64,000 bases of DNA from an uncultured Porphyromonadaceae bacterium (GTDB lineage Bacteria; Bacteroidota; Bacteroidia; Bacteroidales; Muribaculaceae): the NCBI GenBank assembly GCA_947573485.1, contig CANPGB010000006.1, positions 50,585 through 114,584 of the forward strand. Direction: 5' to 3'. Below, one piece after another: positions 8,792 through 17,661 of this stretch; position 1 is the first letter of the stretch, and every line of letters starts with the position of its first letter. The position numbers and the translations under genes are program-made. A model generated the notes under the pieces. It had not been told where the DNA came from, did no database searches, and saw nothing but the letters and a program-made list of their open reading frames with translations.

Positions 8792-9891
8792 TGAAAATGA
8801 ACCGGCTGCTGGCGGGAGCGGCAATAACAATTCCCGCATTACTCGGCCTCGGAAGCTGCCACAGTGTTGAGTCGTGGAACGACGACATCTACGGCAACTT
8901 CGATGCCTTGTGGACTATAATCGACGAGCACTACTGCTTCTTTGCCGATAAGGATGTGGACTGGGCGGAAGTGGGTGCACGCTACCGTGCCGAACTCAAC
9001 CCCGAGTGGGAGGCGCGCGAGTTTTTCGACCATTGCGCCGCCATGCTTGCCGAGCTCCGCGACGGACACACCAACCTCATATCGTGGTTCGATGTAAGCT
9101 ATTACAACAAATGGTGGAGCGACTACCCCCAGAATTTCGATCAGCGGCTCGTTGAGCAATATTATCTGAATTTCGACTATAGCTCGGGGAGCGGTTTCAT
9201 ATACAAGTACCTCGAAGACCGCAAGGTTGGGTATGTGCGCTACGCTTCTTTTACCTCCGGTATCAGCGACAGTTTCATTGATATGATGATGCTGACGATG
9301 AAAGACGCCGACGGCATGATTTTCGATGTGCGCGACAACGGCGGCGGCGACATCAGCAATGTCGAGAAAATCGTGAGCCATTTTATAGAAGAGCGTACCC
9401 TCGCAGGGTATATAACCCACAAGACGGGGCCCGGGCACGATGAGTTCTCGGAGCCTTACCCGTTCTATTTCGAACCCGCCACAGAGCATGTGCGTTGGTT
9501 CAAGCCGGTTATAATACTCACCAACCGCAGCACTTTCAGCGCCGCCAATAATTTTGTGGGAGCCATGAAGGCGTTACCGCAGGTTGCCATTGTAGGCGCC
9601 ACAACAGGCGGCGGCTCAGGCATGCCCTTCTCATCGGAGCTGCCTTGCGGCTGGGGCGTGCGGTTCTCTGCCTCGCCTGTATACGATGCCGATATGGTGC
9701 TTACGGAAGCGGGCATAGAGCCCACTCCCGGTGGTGCCGTTGACCTTGACCCCGAAGCCGCTCTCAAAGGTGTGGATACCATGCTCGAGTTTGCCATAGA
9801 AGTGCTGAACAAGTACGCCGAGGAAAACGCCGGAAATAAAGGCGATGCTCCCTCGCGCTTCATATTACCAACAGAAAGCAATGGCCGATAA
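8791..9891 (+). CDS. S41 family peptidase lipoprotein
   Basis: Lipobox LLGLGSC. S41-like motifs FDVRDNGGG, ILTNRSTFSAANNF and GATTGGGSG. The start ATG overlaps the upstream TGA by 1 nt. Confidence 0.75.
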   Translation: MKMNRLLAGAAITIPALLGLGSCHSVESWNDDIYGNFDALWTIIDEHYCFFADKDVDWAEVGARYRAELNPEWEAREFFDHCAAMLAELRDGHTNLISWFDVSYYNKWWSDYPQNFDQRLVEQYYLNFDYSSGSGFIYKYLEDRKVGYVRYASFTSGISDSFIDMMMLTMKDADGMIFDVRDNGGGDISNVEKIVSHFIEERTLAGYITHKTGPGHDEFSEPYPFYFEPATEHVRWFKPVIILTNRSTFSAANNFVGAMKALPQVAIVGATTGGGSGMPFSSELPCGWGVRFSASPVYDADMVLTEAGIEPTPGGAVDLDPEAALKGVDTMLEFAIEVLNKYAEENAGNKGDAPSRFILPTESNGR

Positions 9892-10696
9892 ATTTAAGAA
9901 TCCGGCGCGTTACCGCCTCGATTTCATAAAAGAAAATACTTTCAACCGCGTGTGGAGCCTGCGCATGACAAGGCTCCGCGTGATTCTCGTATCGCTCGCC
10001 GTGGTGGCCGGTGGTGCCGCTCTCATATGGGTGTTTTTCGCTTATACGCCCATGCGCCAGCTGCTGCCCGAAACACTCAGCGGCGACCTCCGCAACCAAT
10101 ATCTCGAAGTGGCCCTGAAGCTCGACTCGCTTGAGCAGGCCGCGCGTATCAATGAGGCATATATAGCCAACGTGGCCGCCATACTCAACGATGAGATTCC
10201 CGCCGATTCGGCAATGGCAGCAGCTGCTGCACAGGTTGCGCTCTCCGACTCGCTCCTTGCCGCCTCTGAGCTTGAGAAGGAATATGTGCGCCGCTACCAG
10301 GAAGAGGAGCGTTTCAATCTTTCGGTGCTGTCGCCTATAGCTGCCGAGGGCATGATTTTCAATTCGCCGGTTCCTGCAGGAACTGAGATTGCAGACAAGG
10401 GCAACCCGGCGACCGGCGTGAGCTTCGCGAACTCGGCTCAACTCCCTCTCGCTGCCGTGTACCGCGGCACGGTGCTCGGAGTTTTCACCGCTGCCGACGG
10501 CACATCCACTATCGTGGTGCAGCACCCCAACGACTTTGTAAGCGTATATTCAGGGCTCGCCGATGTCTACACAGCGCAGGGCCGCAAGGTTGCGGCTGGC
10601 CAGCGCCTTGCCACATCAGCCCGCGGCGCCGGGACTGTATATGAACTGTGGCACAACGGCACCGCCCTTGACCCGCGCGAATATATATCATTCTGA
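9881..10696 (+). CDS. M23/LytM-domain protein with degenerate active site, membrane anchored
   Basis: N-terminal TM segment VILVSLAVVAGGAALIWVFFAY, then a coiled-coil-like stretch and a C-terminal LytM fold (VVQHPNDFVSVYSGL...GQRLA...YELWHNGTALDP). The catalytic HxxxD and HxH motifs are not recognisable. Confidence 0.7.
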   Translation: MADKFKNPARYRLDFIKENTFNRVWSLRMTRLRVILVSLAVVAGGAALIWVFFAYTPMRQLLPETLSGDLRNQYLEVALKLDSLEQAARINEAYIANVAAILNDEIPADSAMAAAAAQVALSDSLLAASELEKEYVRRYQEEERFNLSVLSPIAAEGMIFNSPVPAGTEIADKGNPATGVSFANSAQLPLAAVYRGTVLGVFTAADGTSTIVVQHPNDFVSVYSGLADVYTAQGRKVAAGQRLATSARGAGTVYELWHNGTALDPREYISF

Positions 10697-10698
10697 AA

Positions 10699-11088
10699 AT
10701 GATAAAGAAGTTTTTTCTGCAATGGTGGCCTACGGGCTTGGTTATATGTGCGATACTTTATGCCACCCTCAACAGCGACCCTGTGGGAGCCGATGAGCTG
10801 CCGCCTATTCCTTATCTCGATAAACTAATACACGCCATAATGTTTGGCGGCCTCTTCTCAGCGCTTTGCTTCGACAGCTACCGCAGCGGCTCGCCGCTCA
10901 CTCTGAGGCGAAAACTGTGTTTTGCCCTTGCCGCCTTCATAGCCGGTGGCCTCGATGAGCTTTGGCAAGACGCCCTCGATAACGGCCGCGCCGCCGAACT
11001 GCTTGATTTCGCAGCCGACGGCGCAGGTATTCTTATTGCTTTCTTTACCGCTCCACCGGCAATACGCAAGGTGGTGAAGCGGCATTAA
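10699..11088 (+). CDS. VanZ family membrane protein
   Basis: 129 aa, four hydrophobic segments. DKLIHAIMFGGL and GLDELWQ motifs are typical of VanZ-like proteins. Confidence 0.65.
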   Translation: MIKKFFLQWWPTGLVICAILYATLNSDPVGADELPPIPYLDKLIHAIMFGGLFSALCFDSYRSGSPLTLRRKLCFALAAFIAGGLDELWQDALDNGRAAELLDFAADGAGILIAFFTAPPAIRKVVKRH

Positions 11089-11091
11089 AAC

Positions 11092-11706
11092 TTAGTCGGG
11101 AACACCGACACGGCGGAAGGTGTAATCGCGGTCAGAGATCTCGCACGACATTATATCGTTGTGGTGTATCTTTATATCCTCGATAGTGGTGTAGCGATTG
11201 AAGAGCTCGCGTGCCGAGGGGGTGAGAATCGTTCTCCAGCGTTCGGCGGTAGCTGCGGCGAGAGAGTCGACAACGGGCTGCTGTTGCCCAGTGAGGATGT
11301 TCTGGGCGAAAGTGACTCCCGCAGGGTCGACATTGAGGGTAAATGAGCCCGGGTCGTAGGTAATGGCAATATCCTCGCGGTCGTCGTCGGTAAACACATA
11401 GCGGCCGCTTGCCGAAGCTGTGGCAGTGACGCTTGTCTCATAGGGCGCATCGGGGGTATCAGTGGCGAAGGAAGCGATTCCCTGTTCTATTTCTATTACT
11501 GTGGATATATTCACACGGCCTCCGGTGCGGTCCGATTCGCCGAAAGATATGGTTACGGTTGCATTGGCATCGGAAGCACCGCTGAGGTGCGCTATGCGCT
11601 CAGGGTTACCCATCCACTGCCCGTCGAAACTCTGACGCGAGCAGCTCGACATACCTGCTACAAGAGCTATGCCTAAGGCGGCTATTACTGTAATTCTTTT
11701 AGTCAT
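11092..11706 (-). CDS. hypothetical lipoprotein
   Basis: Lipoprotein signal MTKRITVIAALGIALVAGMSSC. No recognisable catalytic motif. Confidence 0.6.
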   Translation of the reverse strand: MTKRITVIAALGIALVAGMSSCSRQSFDGQWMGNPERIAHLSGASDANATVTISFGESDRTGGRVNISTVIEIEQGIASFATDTPDAPYETSVTATASASGRYVFTDDDREDIAITYDPGSFTLNVDPAGVTFAQNILTGQQQPVVDSLAAATAERWRTILTPSARELFNRYTTIEDIKIHHNDIMSCEISDRDYTFRRVGVPD

Positions 11707-11771
11707 AGGGTAATATGTTTTAATTATGATATATTAACAATAGGCATGCCCAATTGTTCAGTGGGGTGCAT

Positions 11772-11779
11772 TAATTTTG
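11772..11779 (+). promoter_or_regulatory. -7 promoter box (TAATTTTG) for mmcQ/yjbR-like gene
   Basis: TAnnTTTG ends only 4 nt before the ATG at 11784, which implies a leaderless or near-leaderless mRNA. Confidence 0.4.
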
Positions 11780-11783
11780 TGAT

Positions 11784-12149
11784 ATGGACTTGGAAAGTAT
11801 CAGAGATTATTGCCTTTCGCTCCCATATGCGACTGAAGATATGGCTTTCGGCCCCGATTATGTAAACTTTAGGGTCTGTGGCCGCATATTTGCCTGTCTT
11901 GGTTTCGAGCGCCCCGATTATCTATCGGTGAAGTGCGACCCTGAGCGCGCTTTGGAGCTGCGCGAGGAGTATGCCGACATCGAACCGGCATGGCATTGGA
12001 ACAAGAAATACTGGAACCAGCTGCGTCTCACCGGCTCGCTGCGCGAGGAGCTCATTAAAGAACTTATACGCCACAGCTACAGCGAGGCAGCGGCAAAACT
12101 CACACGTAAGGTAAAGGCAGAATATCCCGATATCGCCACCGTATCATAG
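11784..12149 (+). CDS. MmcQ/YjbR family DNA-binding protein
   Basis: 121 aa. Pattern ...YCLSLPYATEDMAFGPDYVNFRVCGRIFA...KYWNQL matches the YjbR fold family. Confidence 0.7.
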   Translation: MDLESIRDYCLSLPYATEDMAFGPDYVNFRVCGRIFACLGFERPDYLSVKCDPERALELREEYADIEPAWHWNKKYWNQLRLTGSLREELIKELIRHSYSEAAAKLTRKVKAEYPDIATVS

Positions 12150-12761
12150 CTTCTTGGCGGGTCGCTCGAGTATTGCCGAGGCGATAGTGTCGGCAACGTG
12201 TATGAGCGGCTGCAGAGGGCTCTGCTTACCGGCCTGGCGGTAGAATTTCTCGTCGTCGCGCGAAAGGTTCCACGGGCCCATGTGCCAGCGTATGGCATAT
12301 ATTTCCTCATCCGAAAGGTCGAGGCCGCTTTGTAGCAGGAGAATAACCGATTTCTCGCCATGTCCCACGGGGAAAATCTCGTCGTGGATTTCGTATTGCT
12401 CCACCTCTTCAAACATGCCGATCTCGTTGCGCTTCTTTTTCTTTGTAAGGCGGTAATAATTGGCCTTGCACACGTCGTGGAGCAGCGCGGCAATGGCAAT
12501 TGAGTCGGGGTTGAGTTCGCTTTCAAGGTCGGGGCGCATTGCAATGGCATCTTCTCGGGCAGCCATGGCGGCGTCGTAAACGTTGAGCGAGTGTTCAAGC
12601 AAGCCGCCGGGATAGGCGTGGTGGCCCTGCGACGATGCCGGAGCCTTGAAGAAGCCCCAGCTTTCGAGGTCTTCGATAACGTATTCAATATTTTCGCGGC
12701 CGGTTTTGCGAAGCAGTTCGCAGAACCGTTCTTTTTTCTCTTGTATCTGATTGTTTTCCAT
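12144..12761 (-). CDS. HD-domain phosphohydrolase
   Basis: HHAYPGGLLEHSL and AALLHDVCK (HD motif). 205 aa. The 3' end overlaps the convergent mmcQ-like gene by 6 nt. Confidence 0.7.
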   Translation of the reverse strand: MENNQIQEKKERFCELLRKTGRENIEYVIEDLESWGFFKAPASSQGHHAYPGGLLEHSLNVYDAAMAAREDAIAMRPDLESELNPDSIAIAALLHDVCKANYYRLTKKKKRNEIGMFEEVEQYEIHDEIFPVGHGEKSVILLLQSGLDLSDEEIYAIRWHMGPWNLSRDDEKFYRQAGKQSPLQPLIHVADTIASAILERPAKKL

Positions 12762-12767
12762 AATTCG

Positions 12768-14228
12768 TTATAAAACAGGACTGAGCAGACGCAGCACCGA
12801 CTCGGCAATCTTGCGTGCGCCGGGGCGGCGGCGCCACTCTGCCGGCGTAATGCGGCTCGATAGTCCTATATCTTCTTTGAACTGAGCCACGGCATCGGCG
12901 CAGAGCTCCTTGCTGTAGACAAAGAGGTTAGCCTCGAAGTTGCACTCGAAACTGCGGAAGTCGAAGTTGGTTGAACCGATAGTCACAAGCTCATCGTCTA
13001 TTATCATGGTCTTGGAGTGGAGCATGCCGCCATCGTATAGGTAAATCTTGATTCCGGCTTTGAGGCATTGCTCGATATATGACGCCGATGCGAGGGTGAG
13101 CATCGCCGAATCGCTTTTGCGGGGCATCATAATACGCACGTCGACATGCGCAAGGGCTGCCGACTGCAGCGCTTTGAGCAGCGCTTCGGTGGGCAGGAAG
13201 TAAGGCGTCTGGATAAAGACGCGGCGCTTGGCATTGGCAATAGCCTTGTGGTAGGCCAGGGCGATGTTTGCCCACTGCGAGGTGGGGCCTGAGGTGAGCA
13301 GCTGCGCCCCCACACCACATGTGCCCTTGGGTGAGAAATTACCGGCGTCGTTGCCATGGGAATCTTCGATAAGGCCTCGGCCCATAAAGTTCCAGTCGAC
13401 GGTGAAGGAGTAGAGCAGGGCTGCCACCACGGGGCCGGTGACGCGCACATGCGTGTCGCGCCAGCGCTCGAATTTCTTACCGCCGTCGAGGTAGCGGTCG
13501 GCAACGTTCATGCCGCCGATGTAACCTACCGTGTTATCTATAACACATATCTTGCGGTGATTGCGCCAGTTGACTCTTGTGGCGAGCGACGGGAAGGTTA
13601 CCTTGAAGAAAGGGAAGGCCTCGACTCCGTTGGCACGCAGTTCCTTGAAGAAGCGCGAGCGTACATTAAATGAGCCTACATGGTCGTAGATAAGGCGCAC
13701 CTTGACTCCGGCGCGGGCCCGCTCGTAGAGTATCTCAGCCACCTCTCGCCCGAGTTTGTCATCTTCAAAAATATAGTATTGGATGTTGATCGAGTGGCGG
13801 GCTGCGCGGAGGTCTTCTTTAAAATCGTCAAACTTGGTCTTGCCGTCGCAATACACCTTTACGGTGTTGTCGACGTAATACTGTGCACCGGTGAGAGAGC
13901 GACCGAGCTTAATCTGCTGCACCGACGAGGTATCGAGCCCGCACGAGCCGGGGTCGACGTGCGTGTGTGTCTCGCGGCGCCTAAGTTTGCGGCGGTTGCG
14001 CCGCGAAATCATGCGGGTGTTCTTGATGCTCCTGCCGAAGAAAAGGTAAAGTATAATGCCTACAACAGGAAGCAAAAGAAGAACCGTTACCCACGCGAGC
14101 GATTTCACGGGGTTACGGTTCTCTGATAGTATCACGAGAATAATCACCAGGGTCGACGCCAATGCTATGACTGCAAAGGCGGTGTAAATCCAATCGGATG
14201 CGAGAAGCCTGGCAATTGTCTCGTACAA
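12768..14228 (-). CDS. cls: cardiolipin synthase
   Basis: Two N-terminal TM helices and two PLD HKD motifs (NHRKICVIDN and LHSKTMIIDD). 486 aa. Confidence 0.9.
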   Translation of the reverse strand: MYETIARLLASDWIYTAFAVIALASTLVIILVILSENRNPVKSLAWVTVLLLLPVVGIILYLFFGRSIKNTRMISRRNRRKLRRRETHTHVDPGSCGLDTSSVQQIKLGRSLTGAQYYVDNTVKVYCDGKTKFDDFKEDLRAARHSINIQYYIFEDDKLGREVAEILYERARAGVKVRLIYDHVGSFNVRSRFFKELRANGVEAFPFFKVTFPSLATRVNWRNHRKICVIDNTVGYIGGMNVADRYLDGGKKFERWRDTHVRVTGPVVAALLYSFTVDWNFMGRGLIEDSHGNDAGNFSPKGTCGVGAQLLTSGPTSQWANIALAYHKAIANAKRRVFIQTPYFLPTEALLKALQSAALAHVDVRIMMPRKSDSAMLTLASASYIEQCLKAGIKIYLYDGGMLHSKTMIIDDELVTIGSTNFDFRSFECNFEANLFVYSKELCADAVAQFKEDIGLSSRITPAEWRRRPGARKIAESVLRLLSPVL

Positions 14229-14258
14229 GGGGAGTTATATGTTGTTATCGCGTTTCAA

Positions 14259-14813
14259 TCAATCTTCAAAAGTCATTTCGTCGAAACCCTGGCTGTCGAA
14301 TTCATCGTCGTTGTAGCTGTCGGAGCCATAGAAGTCCTCGTCGAGGTCAGAACTTGCGGCGGCAGCAGCATGCTTGGCTTCGATTTTGGCATCGAATTCC
14401 TCGAGGTCGACGGTTTCGGGCGGAGGGGTGCCGAGCGAGAGCGAGCAGAAGGGGTCTTTGAGATTGCGCCCGGTGACGAGGCTGGTCATCTCTATGAAGA
14501 ACATGCGCTCGGTGAGGTAGTCGAACACATAGAGCAGCTTCTGACCCTCGTCTTCAATGAAGTCGGCAAGCACGGAGTCGTCCATGAGGTAGACGTCGCG
14601 GTCGTCGTCAACGCCCATGTCTTCAAAGGTGATCTCTTTTTCCTTCTCCCAGTTACGGTCGCAGAGGAAGAACGAGCTCATCTGAGTGGCGTCGTAGCCT
14701 ACCGATGTGCAAATCGCTTTCTTGAGGTCGAGGAAAGTGGCGGTAGCGTCAATCTGAATCTCGCGCTTGAAGTTTTCCACTTCGTCGGATACAATACGGA
14801 AGTTGAATATCAT
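14259..14813 (-). CDS. pRiA4b ORF-3-like (MM3350-like) domain protein with acidic tail
   Basis: The N-terminus MIFNFRIVSDEVENFKREIQIDATATFLDLKKAI...SSFFLCDRNW matches the pattern of this family. The C-terminus is a Asp/Glu-rich tail. No transposase is adjacent. Confidence 0.5.
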   Translation of the reverse strand: MIFNFRIVSDEVENFKREIQIDATATFLDLKKAICTSVGYDATQMSSFFLCDRNWEKEKEITFEDMGVDDDRDVYLMDDSVLADFIEDEGQKLLYVFDYLTERMFFIEMTSLVTGRNLKDPFCSLSLGTPPPETVDLEEFDAKIEAKHAAAAASSDLDEDFYGSDSYNDDEFDSQGFDEMTFED

Positions 14814-14866
14814 AATTGTTTTGCAGTAGTTTCTTTGTGCTGTGAGGTGTTCTTGGGTTTGTGTCG

Positions 14867-14874
14867 CGAAGTTA
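14867..14874 (-). promoter_or_regulatory. variant -7 box (TAACTTCG on minus strand)
   Basis: Plus-strand CGAAGTTA, 54 nt upstream of the ATG at 14813. The same GCGAAGTTA context recurs upstream of two other minus-strand genes (21479, 52316). Confidence 0.4.
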
Positions 14875-14917
14875 ATAAGAAAGGAGGTATCTATGCAAGA
14901 ATTTCGGCGAAAAAATT

Positions 14918-16219
14918 TTAAGGCTCGCTAAAATTATTTTCCTCGGGAGCATCGGCAACGAGGAGAGGAGCTGGATGTTCGAGCTCCGACAGAACTGCCT
15001 CGCCGAGCAACGAGCCCCACAGTCGGTATCCGCCAACGGTGCAGTGTATGCCGTCGCGCCCGATTATGGCTTTGCTCTTCAGCTGTTTGGCGGCTCCGGC
15101 ACCTCCGGCGAGAGTGAAGCGGTCGTATAAGGCTATGCCGTTGGCCCTGGCATAATCGCTTATTGCCGCTGCAATGTCGGCGATTTTGGTATTGGTTACC
15201 ATGGTAGATGTACGGCGGCGTTTCTTGCCGCTCCGGCGGTACACTTTTTTATAGCATTCGGTAGGACTTACAAGAAGTATTTTCGCCGAGGGTGCGCCGC
15301 GCCGAACGGCAGATATGAGCCCGTCGATACTCTCCGTCATGCTTTCGCGGCTTATGCGGCTGAATGCCTCGTTGGTACCGAGGGCTATGATTACGAGGTC
15401 GGGCGCGAGAGCTCCAATGCCGTGTTCAAAGTTGGCGGAGAGCTTGCAGTATGAAAAATATGTGGCGCCGTTGTTCCCGATAGAGTGTACAACGGTGCCC
15501 ACGGTGTCGCTGAGCAACTCCACACCACCAATCACCGGGGGAGTAATGGTGCTGAATCCGGCCGAGACTCTGTTCACGTTCTCGGAAAGCATAATCCAGC
15601 CTTCGCCGTCAGTGACGGGGTCAGACGCCACTCCGCCGAAAGAAATCAGCTCGGGCATGGCGCCGCAATGAAAAAAACGGAGGCGTGAAAAAGGGGTATC
15701 ACAGCTTATATCTACAGTGTATTCGTTGCTTTTAGGCGAGAGTCCGATGCCGGAGAAGGGCATTTCTACCGTCCATGGCGTTTTGAGGAGTTTGGATGAT
15801 TCGTAGGGGGAATCGAGACGGATGTCGTAGTCGATAGGCTCGTTGGTCTTTGCAAGCTTGAAAGGTATAACCAGTCCACGTCCTGCAGGGTGTGATGCGT
15901 TCTGAATTATTTGCCTGAAGGTGCTCACGTTGAAGTCGGCCTGCACGTGAGAGTCGCCGAGATATACTATGGAGAAAAGACTGTCGCAGCGGGCTGCGGC
16001 AGCAAATTTGGCGGCAAGAGCGCTCCAGTCGTCGCCGTTGAGCGATATTGTGTTGAGGGCCGGGTCGATAAAAGGGTACTGAGAGAGGTCGACTCCGCTC
16101 GTTATAGTATCAGCGCTTATCTCGGGATTAAGACGAAGCTCTACCTGCTCATCGGCATAAATCACTACAGATGAGGCAAAACCGAGCAGAAGGGCAATAA
16201 GTGTGGGCTTGGCTTTCAT
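14918..16219 (-). CDS. SGNH/GDSL-family hydrolase, secreted
   Basis: Signal peptide MKAKPTLIALLLGFASSVVIYA. Block I YLGDSHV, block III GTNEAF, block V RDGIHCT (DxxH). Confidence 0.7.
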   Translation of the reverse strand: MKAKPTLIALLLGFASSVVIYADEQVELRLNPEISADTITSGVDLSQYPFIDPALNTISLNGDDWSALAAKFAAAARCDSLFSIVYLGDSHVQADFNVSTFRQIIQNASHPAGRGLVIPFKLAKTNEPIDYDIRLDSPYESSKLLKTPWTVEMPFSGIGLSPKSNEYTVDISCDTPFSRLRFFHCGAMPELISFGGVASDPVTDGEGWIMLSENVNRVSAGFSTITPPVIGGVELLSDTVGTVVHSIGNNGATYFSYCKLSANFEHGIGALAPDLVIIALGTNEAFSRISRESMTESIDGLISAVRRGAPSAKILLVSPTECYKKVYRRSGKKRRRTSTMVTNTKIADIAAAISDYARANGIALYDRFTLAGGAGAAKQLKSKAIIGRDGIHCTVGGYRLWGSLLGEAVLSELEHPAPLLVADAPEENNFSEP

Positions 16220-17634
16220 TTCAAGGCCTCCGAGATTGCGTTATACAATAATGTGGCCAACTCTCGCCCTCCGGCGTGGTTGAGGTGGATATAGTCGGCG
16301 TTCATGAGTTTGCGCTTACGCCAATCGGCGCAAGCTCCCGCGCCTCCCATGGCGGCGCGGCTATCCCAGAACATTGCTCCGCATTCGCGTGCCAAACGGC
16401 GCTGAGCATTTACCATTGCTGCGCAAGTGGGAAGCGATGTAATGTTTGTGCCGTCTTTTGAGCCTCGGTCGCTGATGCCCATTATAAGGATGTCGGCTTT
16501 GGGGTAGGCTTGCTTTATGCGATTGATAACTTTCTCCATGCCGATTCGGTAGGGAGTGTAGTCGGTCTGCTCGGCACTGAGGGCGTTTATGCCGTATTCA
16601 ACCACGATTAGACTATAGTCGGCACTTTCGCGCAGGGCTGTGCAAAGCGCGGTATTGAGGCGCCGATGCGCTATGCCGGAGTTTCCGCGTATGGGCATGC
16701 AGTCGACCTGCACACCTGCAGCAGGGTCCAGACGGACACCGAGAGCTTTGAGCCCCGGCACGGCAGAGGTTATTTTCACCGTAGAGGTTCTTCCGGCAAG
16801 GCTCACAGTGCGCGGCTCGGCGGAAGCTTCTACAGCAAAAGTCTGTTCGCCGGCGTCGGTGCGGAGCGTCACTGTTCCTGCGGCGGGTGCTATGAACGTG
16901 AGGGAGGTGTTATCCCACGCGCCAGTATGTGCCGAAAAATCAGTACCATGCAAAGTGGTGGTAGCCGTGGAGCTTGCTGTGCAGTAATCACCTGAGAGTG
17001 TACGGAGGCTGTCGCCGGCAGCCATTGTTCGTATGTCGTGTATTTCCCAACCGTTGTCGCTTTGCCGCACCGATTTGCGGAACCCCGGCAAGTCAGAGTG
17101 CAGACTCAGGTGCCCTACGCCGCAGCCGCCAAAGCGCTCCTGCAGCATGTCGCGCAAATCCTGGCAGAAAATATCGCCTTCGATAAAAGAGTCGCCGATT
17201 ACGGCTACCCTGGTGAGGGAGCCTGCGGAAACCGAGGCTTTGAAATTCTGCAGCATATCGACGCCTGTATAATTTTCAAGACAAACAATGCCATTGGAAA
17301 CGGGTGCTTCTGCAAGGGGCTCGGGCACTGCTGCGGGGGCTGCCGCAACTTCAGCTTTTTCTTCTGCCGGATAGAGGGTTTTTGCAGTGTCGCAAGCCTC
17401 GGCAGCGACAGCAGCTTCTGCCTCGGCTATAAGCTCGGCGAGCTCGGGGTCGATGGCGGCCGGTGTCGGCTCTTCGATTGTGCGGTATTCCTGTGGGAAA
17501 AGGTCTTCAAAAAGATTGAAGTCCTTGATAAGGTTGCCGCTGATACGCGACAGAGGCAATGCCGACAGTATCAGAAGAATACCGAAGGTGAGCCCGAAAA
17601 CAATAAGAATGTGGCGGAAAGAGGAATCGTTCAT
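16216..17634 (-). CDS. SGNH/GDSL-family hydrolase, N-terminally membrane anchored
   Basis: TM anchor ILIVFGLTFGILLILSAL, Ala/Glu/Pro-rich linker, VAVIGDSFIEG (GDS block) and NADYIHLN (DxxH). Stop overlaps the downstream start by 4 nt (ATGA). Confidence 0.7.
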   Translation of the reverse strand: MNDSSFRHILIVFGLTFGILLILSALPLSRISGNLIKDFNLFEDLFPQEYRTIEEPTPAAIDPELAELIAEAEAAVAAEACDTAKTLYPAEEKAEVAAAPAAVPEPLAEAPVSNGIVCLENYTGVDMLQNFKASVSAGSLTRVAVIGDSFIEGDIFCQDLRDMLQERFGGCGVGHLSLHSDLPGFRKSVRQSDNGWEIHDIRTMAAGDSLRTLSGDYCTASSTATTTLHGTDFSAHTGAWDNTSLTFIAPAAGTVTLRTDAGEQTFAVEASAEPRTVSLAGRTSTVKITSAVPGLKALGVRLDPAAGVQVDCMPIRGNSGIAHRRLNTALCTALRESADYSLIVVEYGINALSAEQTDYTPYRIGMEKVINRIKQAYPKADILIMGISDRGSKDGTNITSLPTCAAMVNAQRRLARECGAMFWDSRAAMGGAGACADWRKRKLMNADYIHLNHAGGRELATLLYNAISEALK

Positions 17635-17661
17635 GTTGATTCAGAGAGAAAGAGGTGGATG

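Noticed and set aside
12077-12808. 243-aa minus-strand ORF overlapping the HD-domain gene in another frame.
   Set aside because: The translation is rich in Arg/Ser/Thr/Pro/Ala and lacks motifs. The co-located 205-aa frame carries the HD motif and fits the operon spacing with cls.
14259-14813. Possible mobile-element signal from a pRiA4b ORF-3 / IS-passenger-like protein.
   Set aside because: No transposase, integrase, inverted terminal repeats or target duplications are visible around it. It has core-like GC and sits in an operon with cls.
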